Below the pieces are notes generated by a model that worked only from the letters and a program-made list of their open reading frames with translations, did no database searches and was not told where the DNA came from. From contig NC_069010.1 in assembly GCF_001194135.2 (NCBI RefSeq), positions 9,340,468-9,375,738 of the forward strand: 35,271 bases of DNA, given 5' to 3'. The position numbers and the translations under genes were made by a program. Below, in pieces: positions 1 through 11,799 of this stretch. The stretch comes from Octopus bimaculoides (taxonomy: Eukaryota). The first letter of the stretch is position 1. Each line of letters opens with the position of its first letter.

Positions 1-882
1 ACAATGAGGTGTTATAATCACAACAGCAAGAAAGTATGTACATGATCACCTTCTTTTACGAAACTTCATTGACTTTCATATATTTATATTGATATACATA
101 TATATACGTGTGTTTGGGTGCGTGTGTGTATATACATCTCTATATATAAAGATGATGCGTAGTCTAGACAGCGTTTTTAGATTTCATTATTCTCTTTAAC
201 CCGGGCAACGCCGGGTATTTCTGCTAGTATATATATATATATATATATATACATATATATAAACCATACTGCCATGGCTGGGCCTATTTATAAAAACATA
301 CACACAAACATATATATATACACATGTCTATACACACACACACACATATAATTGTGTATCATATCTAGGTGTCCTTGCAGGAGTGTACACTCCAGTGCAC
401 ATGCACTCAACAAAAGCAAAGAAATAAAAATAGGTTTCTAGAAGATTAAATGTCAATGGAACCTCCCCCTGTGACCACCCAGCAGAGATAATAATGGAAT
501 GCGAAAAGGAAGGAGTCACTGATTAATGTAGTCATAAACAACATAAGACTAGAAAAAGAGATGGAATGGGTCATAAGTGGAATAACCTTGATCCTTCTTT
601 ATTTGGAAATAAACAACAAGGTCATGGTAGGAATGTCTCTTACCATAAATCCACCAGAACAGGGATAACCTGGGGTTAAACAATAATTTTTAAAACAACA
701 AAATGTTAGGATATTTAACGAGTCAATGAGAATTGCAGCAGAGTCACTTGAATGAATCGACCCCAGTGCTTCTCCTTTAGAACCTGAAATTTTATTCTAT
801 CAGTCTCATTTGTTGAACCACCAAATTATGGGGACATAAAAGAAAAAAAAAAAAATCCAGTACCAGTTATCACACACATCAT

Positions 883-1170
883 CATCATCGTCGTTTAACG
901 TCCGCTTTCCATGCTAGCATGGGTTGGGACGATTTGACTGAGGACTGGTGAACCAGATGGCTGCACCAGGCTCCAATCTGATTTGGCAGAGTTTCTACAG
1001 CTGGATGCCCTTCCTAACGCTAACCACTCCGGGAGTGTAGTGGGTGCTTTTACGTGCCACTGGCATGAGGGCCAGTCAGGCGGTACTGGCAATGGCCACA
1101 CTCAAAATGGTGTATTTTACTTGTCACCTGCACAAGAGCCAGTCCAGCGGCACTGGCATGATCTCGCTCN
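883..1170 (-). mobile_element. SINE family A (GGATGCCCTTCCTAACGCCAACC core, RTE-like TTAAACGATGATGAT tail)
   Basis: Near-identical to 2668-3001, 9543-9693, 18560-18770, 19505-19760 and 30404-30492. Confidence 0.8.
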
Positions 1171-2127
1171 NNNNNNNNNNNNNNNNNNNNNNNNNNNNNN
1201 NNNNNNNNNNNNNNNNNNNNNNNNNNNNNNNNNNNNNNNNNNNNNNNNNNNNNNNNNNNNNNNNNNNNNNNNNNNNNNNNNNNNNNNNNNNNNNNNNNNN
1301 NNNNNNNNNNNNNNNNNNNNNNNNNNNNNNNNNNNNNNNNNNNNNNNNNNNNNNNNNNNNNNNNNNNNNNNNNNNNNNNNNNNNNNNNNNNNNNNNNNNN
1401 NNNNNNNNNNNNNNNNNNNNNNNNNNNNNNNNNNNNNNNNNNNNNNNNNNNNNNNNNNNNNNNNNNNNNNNNNNNNNNNNNNNNNNNNNNNNNNNNNNNN
1501 NNNNNNNNNNNNNNNNNNNNNNNNNNNNNNNNNNNNNNNNNNNNNNNNNNNNNNNNNNNNNNNNNNNNNNNNNNNNNNNNNNNNNNNNNNNNNNNNNNNN
1601 NNNNNNNNNNNNNNNNNNNNNNNNNNNNNNNNNNNNNNNNNNNNNNNNNNNNNNNNNNNNNNNNNNNNNNNNNNNNNNNNNNNNNNNNNNNNNNNNNNNN
1701 NNNNNNNNNNNNNNNNNNNNNNNNNNNNNNNNNNNNNNNNNNNNNNNNNNNNNNNNNNNNNNNNNNNNNNNNNNNNNNNNNNNNNNNNNNNNNNNNNNNN
1801 NNNNNNNNNNNNNNNNNNNNNNNNNNNNNNNNNNNNNNNNNNNNNNNNNNNNNNNNNNNNNNNNNNNNNNNNNNNNNNNNNNNNNNNNNNNNNNNNNNNN
1901 NNNNNNNNNNNNNNNNNNNNNNNNNNNNNNNNNNNNNNNNNNNNNNNNNNNNNNNNNNNNNNNNNNNNNNNNNNNNNNNNNNNNNNNNNNNNNNNNNNNN
2001 NNNNNNNNNNNNNNNNNNNNNNNNNNNNNNNNNNNNNNNNNNNNNNNNNNNNNNNNNNNNNNNNNNNNNNNNNNNNNNNNNNNNNNNNNNNNNNNNNNNN
2101 NNNNNNNNNNNNNNNNNNNNNNNNNNN

Positions 2128-2297
2128 TTTCACTTGCCTCAACAGGTCTTCGCAAGTGGAGTTTAGTGTCCAATTTATCTCGATTTCGATTTCACTTGCC
2201 TCAACAGGTCTTCGCAAGCGGAGTTTAGTGTCCAATTTATCTCGATTTCGATTTCACTTGCCTCAACAGGTCTTCGCAAGCGGAGTTTAGTGTCCAA
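2128..2297. repeat. 62-bp tandem repeat, about 2.7 copies, at a gap edge
   Basis: Unit starts (ttcacttgcctcaac...) at 2129, 2191 and 2253. Confidence 0.9.
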
Positions 2298-2339
2298 TGA
2301 AGGAAGGTACGCGTAAGTGGGCTGGCTGAGGCCAATCTG

Positions 2340-2480
2340 ATTTATTTTGTAGCTTTGAGATTTTGATGAGGTAACTAGTATATTGTAAGGTTGGTGTGAG
2401 AAGCCAGACCTGGCTACTTTGAACATAAAACATGTGGAATATTTTAGCTGGATATGGCCGTTTTAAATGCTAAAGGGTTA
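2340..2480 (+). mobile_element. Truncated copy of the same TTAA-flanked MITE
   Basis: Reverse complement of 13195-13320; ends aatgctaaagggttaa. Confidence 0.55.
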
Positions 2481-2667
2481 AGGTGACCATTGTATCTTAA
2501 CTTCAGCAAGTGAGGTGCGATGGTCTTTTACCAGAACATAGTTTTTGGTAAAGTAAATGCTTTGGAATTCTTCCATCTGCCATACAGTTTGCAAAGTAGC
2601 TTCTATACTCACAACATTTGCAATTTCTCAAAGACTTCAAACATTGCTCACATTGCCTCCCCAAATT

Positions 2668-3001
2668 CATCATCATCATCATCGTTTAACGTCCGCTTTC
2701 CATGCTAGCATGGGTTGGACGATTTGACTGAGGACTGGTGAAACCGGATGGCAACACCAGGCTCCAATCTAATTTGGCAGAGTTTCTACAGCTGGATGCC
2801 CTTCCTAACGCCAACCACTCAGAGAGTGTAGTGGGTGCTTTTACGTGTCACCCGCACGAAAACGGCCACGCTCGAAATGGTGTCTTTTATGTGCCACCCG
2901 CACAAGAGCCAGTCCAGGGGCACTGGCAACGATCTCACTCGAAAATCCTACGGGAGCCAGTCAGGCGGTACTGGCAACGGCCACGCTCAAAATGGTGCAT
3001 C
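2668..3001 (-). mobile_element. SINE family A copy
   Basis: Same core and (CAT)n tail complement as 883-1170. Confidence 0.8.
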
Positions 3002-3794
3002 TCATGTGCCTCCCCAAATTATATAACAAAATTTATAACAGGATAACAGTTTTATCAAGATTTATTGTGAGGCTTAACAATGAAATTTTATCCACCACAA
3101 AAGTTCAAAGATCCTTTGCTTTGTACTTTAAACTACAACACCGTTGTCAGCGTACAAGTGGGTTTCTTATCAAAGATACAAAAGCGTGTAATTTGGAATT
3201 AAGTCGTTTGAGACTGAATGACTTAGCAGTTGGATGGAAGAATATTGAAATATAACCAGACCAGCCCTGGGGGTGCAGAGGAAAAAATCTTCTGATCCAT
3301 ATGGTTTTGCTTTTTTGGAGACTCTCTCATTACTTCAGCTGCTTTTGCATTTGTCATTAGTTGGTGTTTCATTCAACTTTCTCTCACTCTGTCTTCCTGT
3401 TTCTGTTGTACCTGTAATTCAAAGGGGGCCAGCCTTGTCACACTCTGTGTCATGGTGAATATCATTGAGAACTACGTTAAGGGTACATGTGTCTGTGGAG
3501 TGCTCAGCCTCTTGCACGTTAATTTCATGAGCAGGCTGTTCTGTTGATTGGATCAACTGGAACCCTCATCGTCGTAAGCATGATTCAGTACAGTTTTGAC
3601 ACCAGACACCAGTAACATATATATATTGGCATGGTTAATCAAACAGGAAAATAGAAATCAAAACAAAAGCATATTTTTATTAACAATTGGCAGAAATGAC
3701 AGAGTGACTGATGGACTGAGTTTTTTGGTTCATTTGATAAGAGGCAATGAACGAAACTCTCGGCCATTGAGTCATCCTATAACTTTTGCAGATC

Positions 3795-3832
<38 letters not shown>

Positions 3833-3849
3833 TGATGATGATGATGATT

Positions 3850-4495
3850 TCAAATTTTGGCACAAGGCCAGAGATTTTGGAGAAGTGAGTAAGTCAACTG
3901 GTACTTATTTTCCAGATCACGAAAATATGACAGTCAGGTTTGAACGCAGAACGTAAAGACGGACGAAATGCCGCTAAGCATTTAGTCCGGTATGCTAACG
4001 ATTCTGCTAGCTCGACACATTTTACAAAAAGAAAAAAAAAATTATTATTATTATTATTATTATTTCTCCTATAGGCACAAGGCCTGAAATTTGAGGGGAG
4101 GGGGCTAGTCGATTATATTGACCTTCAGTACTCAACTAGTTTCTTACTTCATCGACCCCCAAAATGACAAAAAGCAAAGTCGACTTCGACGGAATTTGAA
4201 CTCGGATCATCATGACGGACAAAATGCCATTCAGCCATCTGTCCGGCGTGCAAACGGTTCTGCCAAATTCGTCACCTTATAAACAATAATAATAATGCTT
4301 TCTACCACAGGCAAAAAGGGGCTATTCGATTCCAGGGAACCGACGGCTCAAACTGGGCCTTATTTTATCGACTTCGAAAGGAGGAAAAGGCAAAGGCGAC
4401 TTGGGCATAATTTGAACTCAGAACGAAAAGACGGACAAACAAAACACCATTCAGCATTTTGATCGGCGTGTTAACCGATTCTGCCAGATCGCGTA
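3850..4495 (-). mobile_element. Three tandem copies of SINE family C (about 3850-4015, 4065-4275, 4305-4495) separated by (ATT)/(AAT) tracts
   Basis: Repeated ggcacaaggcc...gtcgac...aatttgaactc...gacggac...ttctgccag; reverse complement of 17438-17560. Confidence 0.75.
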
Positions 4496-4663
4496 TCTTA
4501 ATAAAAATACTAATGAAAAAAAAAATTCTTTCATATATATATAGAGAGAGAGATGCAGTCAAATACAGATATATTTTGTATTAAATATACACACAAACAC
4601 AGACATATATGTATATATACACGTATATACACGCACACAAACAAATATAGTATTCGTAATTAC

Positions 4664-4843
4664 CTCGTCCAGAAACTCAGTCACATCATAAACCTTGTTG
4701 TCAATGACCAACCACAACGATTTACATGTTTTGTGCTCCTTGACATGCTCAAGTTTGTAAACCTTCACGTCCGTCTTGTCGCCTTCTTTCTTCTCGTTAT
4801 TCCTATCTTCGTCCACCTTACCACTTGCCTCCTCCGCAGACAT
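4664..4843 (-). CDS. CYB5: Cytochrome b5, first coding exon (60 codons, MSAEEASG...LWLVIDNKVYDVTEFLDE); downstream exons not found in the window
   Basis: Translation matches the b5 heme-domain N-terminus (YxLEEVxxH...WLVIxxKVYDVTxFLxE). The exon ends GAG|gtaatt immediately before the expected HPGG motif, the intron position of vertebrate CYB5 genes. The acidic N-terminal extension is reminiscent of CYB5B. Confidence 0.92.
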
Positions 4844-5324
4844 ACTCTCTCTCTTTCTCTCTACGTATATATCTATATATATATATATATATAATTTAAA
4901 TATTGTTGTGGTTGTTTGTAGATGATGATGCAGGGAATGAATGAATATCTTTACACCAGACTGTCCTACGTATTTTTCGCTAGTTTACTTCGATCTGCTT
5001 ATAAATTGGGTTTTTAGCTGGTTGGTTGGTTGGTTAGTTGGTCGGTTGGTTGGTTGATTGACCTAAGTTGACTGACGGCTCTCGTTTCCTTTCTATCGAA
5101 CTGATTGACTGGTTTCGGGTGTGCGAAAGACGTAGGTGACACCGATTCAGCTTACACCGTGCAGCACTGACTCATGGGATAGCTTCATAGACGCGCTTGT
5201 GTGTGTGTGTGTGTGTGTGTACTTGTTTCTGCGTTTGCGTGTACGTGTGTACGTGTTTGTCAGTGTCTGTGTGTGATTGTGTATGATTCTGTGTGTGTTT
5301 GTCAGTCTCTGTAAGTTTGTGTAT

Positions 5325-5520
5325 GTGTATGATTGTCATTTGGCTGCGGTCATGCTGGAGCACCGCCTTTAGTCGAGAAAATCGACCGCAGGACTTATTC
5401 TGTTGTCAGCCTAGTACTTATTCTATCGGATCTCTTTTTGCCGATCCGCTAAGTTACGGGGACGTAAACACACCAACATTGGTTGTCAAGTGTTGGTGGG
5501 GGGACAAACACAGACACACA
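5325..5520 (-). mobile_element. SINE family B 3' part
   Basis: gtcatttggctgcggtcatgctggagcaccgcc...ggggacaaacacagac. Confidence 0.75.
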
Positions 5521-5582
5521 CACATTTATATATATATATATATATATATATATGCATATCTTCGTGTAACATACCACTAATC

Positions 5583-5817
5583 GGTACTATTAAAGCAGCG
5601 CGGTCGCGCGTCCGCGATAGCTAGTCGTGAGTGGTCGATCCTAACCCTAAACACGTATTCATTTGCACACGCGGATTAGGGTTAGGGTTAGGGTTAGGGA
5701 TAGGGTTAGGGTTAGGGATACGGTAAGGGGTAGGGTTAGGGTTAGGATCGACCACTCAAGACTAGCTAGCGCGGACGCGCGACTGCGCGTTCGGGTCCGC
5801 GCTGCTTTAGTAGTACC
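5583..5817. mobile_element. 235-bp MITE with long TIRs, 9-bp TSD (CCACTAATC) and an internal (TTAGGG)n array; Mutator-like
   Basis: TSD at 5574-5582 and 5818-5826; TIRs 5583-5650 and 5736-5817 (GGTACTA...TAGTACC) with 3 mismatches and one 14-nt indel. Confidence 0.88.
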
Positions 5818-6884
5818 CCACTAATCATGTATTTCATATAAAGTTTTATTCCCCATTTGTTTGACCCCATTGCTTGTTTGTATTGTCCCCTCTACGTACA
5901 CCCTTTATGGGAACTAATAAAATTGCAGTGCATTTTAATCACACGATAAGGTCATCTGCACGGGTTTTCTATGCTGGCTACGGTTTCTATAGGAAACCTG
6001 TAGAGATGACCATATCACGGCAAGTTCGAAATGAGTAGAGATAGAGTTATCTCCCCTGGCATTTTTAAAACTTCTACCAATATTCCTGTTATTCCTTGGT
6101 TTGTCTCAATAAAGCGTTTCTATCGTTTGGTCGGCTTCACTTTGCGTAACGAATCTTTTAAGAGTATAAAATTAAACATATATCGCTGGCAATTAACTGT
6201 GTGCAGAAAGAAACAAAGAAAGCCAGGAATACCATTCTTCTGTAAGTTCCAAAGAAAATATTAAAGTTTGTTGTAAAATTTATTTCTCCAGCAGCTGGCA
6301 TAGTCTATCTTGGCTATCCATCATCTGATGGTGGAAGTCTGCTTTAAGCACCTCATGTAAAGCCCTCATAACTTTTTTATCTTATGGAATTTTCGGAATA
6401 TTTTTGCCACACGGGAATTCATACAATTATGCAAAAACTAAAACAAATTTTTTTGTGTGATTCAAGGGATAGCTGTTATTTTTAGCACATCTTAAAACCA
6501 CCTACCTTCCGCCTTTCTTTGGCAGTTTAACATGTTTTAATGTTTTTCAATATTTTTCTCCCCATAAGCACATTTAATGGTCTATTGCTGGGATTTAAGC
6601 CAAGAATTACGGACTGTCCATATTTTAAACTCTGATTAAAAAAGAAAAATTTAATTCGAAATATTAAAGAATTTTTTAAAAAATAATTGTGTGAGTTCTG
6701 TGTGCAGAAAACAAATTCGCAAAAATTTCTTGAAAACTCTGATTTTAAAAAATTCGAAAATTATATAAAAAAATAAAAATAAATAAAATTCTTGGCGGAC
6801 GTATCCCCAATTTTCGAGTAGGGAAATTCTGATTCTGCAAAAAAAACTCCCGAAAAAAAACAAATTGGACCTTTTCCTTTTGTT

Positions 6885-7151
6885 TCGAGTCGCTTCGGCT
6901 GCAGAGTTTCCTCTTTTGTACTCATAAAGCATTCTGTGCCTCAAATGCTCTTTGGATACTTCCATGTTAGAAAGGGTTTTAATCAAAGAAATTTTAATTC
7001 TATTATTCTGTAAAATGATATTTAATTAGTTTAAATGTAAACAAATGCATAAAAATAATTTTTAATTCCATTAGACATTCTAAAATACTATTAAATTTCA
7101 TTCAATTTCAAAAAAAGCTAAAATCGGACAGAATTTATGGGATGACCTGAT
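6885..7151 (-). mobile_element. Mariner element left end: TIR plus transposase N-terminus (MEVSKEHLRHRMLYEYKRGNSAAEATRN), truncated
   Basis: Mos1/SETMAR-like HTH start; on the minus strand the element begins TA|TCAGGTCATCCCATAAATTCTGTCCG, a mariner-type TIR at a TA target. Confidence 0.75.
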
Positions 7152-7430
7152 ATAATGTTATTCACCTTCAGTTTCAACAACTGCCTCTGTATGAGATCTA
7201 AACCATCTCCATGCTCGAATGAAGTGGTCCTGGTTCATTTTGGACATTACTCTGACCATGGCAGCTTTCAAAGAATCTTTGGTATTAGGAGCGTGTTCAT
7301 TAGATGATGAATATCCTCTTGAAGAATTTCTCAAAAGATCTGGATTTGAGGATGCTTTCTTGTGGGACAAAGTGGTGAGAAAGGATCTTCAGATGCTGGG
7401 CCTTAGAGAGGGGACGACAGGGGACTGAGA
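7152..7430 (-). mobile_element. Degenerate Tc1/mariner (maT/DD37D-like) transposase C-terminus
   Basis: SSNPDL...NEHAPNTKDSLKAAMVRVMSKMNQDHFIRAWRWFRSHTEAVVETEGE* resembles the maT C-terminal pattern SPDLNP...HNTKDSLKAAI...ACxxFRxRIEAVIEAEG. Confidence 0.7.
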
Positions 7431-7454
7431 TTTCTGGTGGTTTGCTGTATTTGA

Positions 7455-7797
7455 GAACTTGATGTATGTATGTATGTATATATATATGTGTATATAGATA
7501 TGTATGCTCACATATGTATGTATATATGTATGTGTATATATATGTATGTATGTGTATGTATATATGTGTATATAGATATGTATGCTCATATATGTATGTG
7601 TATATATATGTATGTGTATATGTGTATGTATATGTATATATATGTGTATGTATATATGTATATATATATATTTGTATGTATGTATATATATATATATATG
7701 TATTTGAAGATGACCATGACAACTGTTAAAATCCTTATATATGTAGTGGTGAGAGCCAATATGTATAGTCAAATGTTCCACCAAAATACGTGTGTCT

Positions 7798-7846
<49 letters not shown>
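7455..7846. repeat. TA/TG compound microsatellite and (TA)n running into a gap
   Basis: Direct inspection; source of many spurious Y/I/C/V ORFs. Confidence 0.9.
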
Positions 7847-8282
7847 NNNNNNNNNNNNNNNNNNNNNNNNNNNNNNNNNNNNNNNNNNNNNNNNNNNNNN
7901 NNNNNNNNNNNNNNNNNNNNNNNNNNNNNNNNNNNNNNNNNNNNNNNNNNNNNNNNNNNNNNNNNNNNNNNNNNNNNNNNNNNNNNNNNNNNNNNNNNNN
8001 NNNNNNNNNNNNNNNNNNNNNNNNNNNNNNNNNNNNNNNNNNNNNNNNNNNNNNNNNNNNNNNNNNNNNNNNNNNNNNNNNNNNNNNNNNNNNNNNNNNN
8101 NNNNNNNNNNNNNNNNNNNNNNNNNNNNNNNNNNNNNNNNNNNNNNNNNNNNNNNNNNNNNNNNNNNNNNNNNNNNNNNNNNNNNNNNNNNNNNNNNNNN
8201 NNNNNNNNNNNNNNNNNNNNNNNNNNNNNNNNNNNNNNNNNNNNNNNNNNNNNNNNNNNNNNNNNNNNNNNNNNNNNNNNNN

Positions 8283-8330
<48 letters not shown>

Positions 8331-9485
8331 CACACACGTTATATACCTATATATTAGTATATATTTATATACATATATGAATGTATCTACATATGTTTAT
8401 ATATATACATACACACACACATACATATATACATACTCCACCAACATCTATTTCATGAGAATTTAAACCTTCCACACACACACACACACACACACATTTA
8501 CACAAACACACACACATCATCTGTCCCATTTGACTCCCTGTCAAAAGTTCCCAGCAGAAGAACATTTTAAAGCAGACAATGTTGGAGGTGATCGCTGCGG
8601 TGGTGGCGGTGGAAGTGGTGTTGATTACTGTGTGTGGAGGTGTTGGTAGTGGTTGTAACATGGTGTTGGGGATGGTGGTGCTAGTGTGTAGCCCCAGGCC
8701 CTCTCTCATCAAGTAAACCTTTGACCAAAGTGTGTGCCTCTCATGACCCATCACATCACACGTCGTGTTCTGTATTGCTTGTTCAGGACTGTTTTGTCTA
8801 ATGCGGACTTCATTCTTTTAAAAAGGTTCATGCCCCGGTTTCTTAGTAAGTTTGGCTGCTATTTCTACCAGGACCTTAGGTTGTGTAATTGCTGGCGAGG
8901 TGACTATTTGATGTCCGGTCGAGTAGGAGGACACTGTGGCAAGTTTGGAAGCCATGGACATTAACTGGAGAGCGGTTGACTGCTGGTGCAATAACCTCAT
9001 GCATGGCCATGGCCATTGCTGGCATTTTGCTTGGACAATGGTCAGTGATGGTCTTCCTTAGTCATGAGTGGACATTCATCATCATTATTCTTTTATTTGT
9101 TTTAGTCATTTGACTTTGGCCATGATGGAGCACCGCCTTTAATAAATGTGTGTTTGTCCCTGCCACCACTGTTTGTCTGTTGGTGTCTTTATGTCCCCAT
9201 AACTTAGTGGTTCGGCAAAGATATCAATAGACGCCTGCACCTGTATATATATATATATATATATAAAAGTAAATATGAGGGTGGTAGTATTAAGATACCA
9301 TCAATAGTCGCAAGCAAATATCAGCCATAGAGGCAAATTAATAAAATATATATATATAAGCACCTGTCTTATATGTGTGTGTGTGTGTGTGTGTGTATAT
9401 ATAGATAAGTGGTAGGTCTGCCTCGATCCGGCTATCTAGTCCAACGAAAATGCTTTTTCTTGTATTTGTTGCTCCATTCTCCAAG

Positions 9486-9542
<57 letters not shown>

Positions 9543-9546
<4 letters not shown>

Positions 9547-9693
9547 GCGTTAGGAAGGGCATCCAGCTGTAGAAACTCTGCCAAATCAGATTGGAGCCTG
9601 GTGTAGCCATCTGGTTTCACCAGTCCTCAGTCAAATCGTCCAACCCATGCTAGCATGGAAAGCAGACGTTAAACGATGATGATGATGATGATG
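9543..9693 (+). mobile_element. SINE family A 3' part
   Basis: gttggcgttaggaagggcatccagc...gttaaacgatgatgatg. Confidence 0.8.
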
Positions 9694-9904
9694 AAATGAT
9701 ACAAATACGGAAATAATTTTATTCTCAAACGCAGGATGATGCTAATCGTGACACTTTATATCGATCGACTGATGGATCAATAAGCCAGAAAGTCACTTCT
9801 CCTCAGCCGGAATCCATTGGTCTGAGACTAAATCGTAAGTGACAGGTGTCGGTCGGAATATATTTGCCACTTGGAAGCACCTTTCTCCATTATTGCCAAA
9901 CACT

Positions 9905-10200
9905 TTGCAACATCATCATGGTCGTCATCATCATCATCACCATCACTGTCATCAATGAAACTCTTGTCATCATCGTCGTCATCATCCTCATTGCTTTTGT
10001 TATCATCACCATCATCATCATCATCCTCATCTTCATCACCATTGTGATCATCTCGTCATCATCCTCATCATTGCTGTCATCACCATCATCACTGCTGTCG
10101 TCATCGTCATCATTAACATCGTCCCCATCATTCTCATTATCCTCCTCCTCCACATCATCATCACCATCATCATCATTATGGTCATCGCCATCATCACAGA
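9905..10200. repeat. Degenerate (CAT)n trinucleotide tract
   Basis: Direct inspection. Confidence 0.9.
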
Positions 10201-10611
10201 AAGACATAGAGAAAGACATGCTAATTTGGAACAAATTAACATGTCATGATGAAATGTCTCCCCCGCCACCCCACCCCCTCTACTGACGAACAGGCTCCCA
10301 GAGAAATTAAACTGTCTGACCCCAGCTTTTTTTTTCTGTCTCTTTAATGTCTCTGTTCCCGTTTTCATGTCCCTTTCACAGTACCCAACACGCACACACA
10401 CATATATGTATACACTCAAACACACACACACAAGTATATTCATACATATATATTTACATATACATATGTATATCTATCTATCTATATATGTATAAGTAAT
10501 GTGCAATTTTGTGTGTATGTATTTGTATACACACACATGCATATATATATATATATATATATATGAGCGTGTGTGTGTGTGTATATATATATATGTATAT
10601 TTGTATGTATA

Positions 10612-10724
10612 AGGCCCCAGGACTTATTCTTTGTAAGCCTAGTACTTATTTCTATCGTCTCTTTTGCCAAACCGCTAAGTTACGGGGATGTAAACACCAG
10701 CATTGGTTGTCAAGCGATGTTGGG

Positions 10725-10725
<1 letters not shown>
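10612..10725 (-). mobile_element. SINE family B fragment
   Basis: ccccaggacttattctttgtaagcctagtacttat...ggttgtcaagcgatg. Confidence 0.75.
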
Positions 10726-10766
<41 letters not shown>

Positions 10767-11381
10767 AGCATTTGCACATACACAAAGGTCAAATCTTTAA
10801 CTCAACTTGTTTTGTTATTTAACCACACACACACACANNNNNNNNNNNNNNNNNNNNNNNNNNNNNNNNNNNNNNNNNNNNNNNNNNNNNNNNNNNNNNN
10901 NNNNNNNNNNNNNNNNNNNNNNNNNNNNNNNNNNNNNNNNNNNNNNNNNNNNNNNNNNNNNNNNNNNNNNNNNNNNNNNNNNNNNNNNNNNNNNNNNNNN
11001 NNNNNNNNNNNNNNNNNNNNNNNNNNNNNNNNNNNNNNNNNNNNNNNNNNNNNNNNNNNNNNNNNNNNNNNNNNNNNNNNNNNNNNNNNNNNNNNNNNNN
11101 NNNNNNNNNNNNNNNNNNNNNNNNNNNNNNNNNNNNNNNNNNNNNNNNNNNNNNNNNNNNNNNNNNNNNNNNNNNNNNNNNNNNNNNNNNNNNATATATA
11201 TATATATATATATACCATCACACACACACACATAGCCCAACCATACAGACCTAGAACTCCACACATACATGGAACTACAAGCACAAGGGAACACACACAT
11301 GCATACACACATATTTATAGTTACTCAGTAGTACACACATACACATACAGAATCAATTAGTACACACACATATATACATAC

Positions 11382-11420
<39 letters not shown>

Positions 11421-11712
11421 GTCAACAATACACAAGCACACACGCACAAATACCTACCCAAAACACACATAGACACATACATACGTAAACAGGCAGTCAG
11501 TAGCAAACATGCAAACACATGTTCTCAGCCCAACCCCCAACAAAACATATACACACGCACACACAAACGTATACAGACAATCAGCAGTGTGAGCATGAAC
11601 ACATAGATACATATAGGAAGTCAAACGTACATATATATATATACACAGATAGGAGAAGTCAATTTTATTTCACCCTGTTTCAGTGTTAAAGAGAGACCGC
11701 CTTGAAAGCACA

Positions 11713-11782
11713 ATGTCAGCATTAAATGGGAAATGGTTGTTGGATAGAATTGAAAATGGTCAGGAATTCCTGCAGAAACTCC
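11713..11782 (+). CDS. FABP: FABP-like gene, exon 1 (MSALNGKWLLDRIENGQEFLQKL, phase 1)
   Basis: GKWxL..EN..EF motif of intracellular lipid-binding proteins; donor C|gtaagt; splices in frame to 13514. Confidence 0.88.
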
Positions 11783-11799
11783 GTAAGTTCCTGAAAATT

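Noticed and set aside
983-2290. Long ORFs spanning N gaps (also 7389-8466, 10509-11360, 14833-15493, 18218-18862, 32150-32959, 33458-34576)
   Set aside because: Their length comes from runs of X; the flanks are SINE or microsatellite translations.
2128-2297. Direct repeats resembling a CRISPR array
   Set aside because: The units are contiguous with no unique spacers, the context is eukaryotic, and there are no cas genes.
2738-3255. AEFLQLDALPNANHS-type ORFs recurring at several loci
   Set aside because: They are conceptual translations of SINE family A, not a gene family.
1-4663. Cytochrome b5 exon 2 (HPGG...)
   Set aside because: No HPGG-encoding minus-strand exon was found in the readable sequence; it is probably in the 1170-2127 gap or outside the window.
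5676-5746. TTAGGG array as a true telomere or chromosome-fusion scar
   Set aside because: It is short, internal and enclosed by TIRs and a TSD, so it is better explained as part of a MITE.
5948-6012. Imperfect hairpin (ggtcatct...ggtttctataggaaacc...agatgacc)
   Set aside because: It is short and imperfect with no TSD; probably a decayed MITE remnant, not supportable as an ncRNA.
8690-9060. Complex sequence with a faint resemblance to a retroelement endonuclease tail (…PTRPDIK…) on the minus strand
   Set aside because: There are multiple stops in every frame and the similarity is too weak to call without a database search.
9846-10443. Asp/Met/Ile/Ser-rich ORFs that might suggest a biomineral or reflectin-like protein
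   Set aside because: They derive from a degenerate (CAT)n tract, with no splice-site context or reflectin motif.
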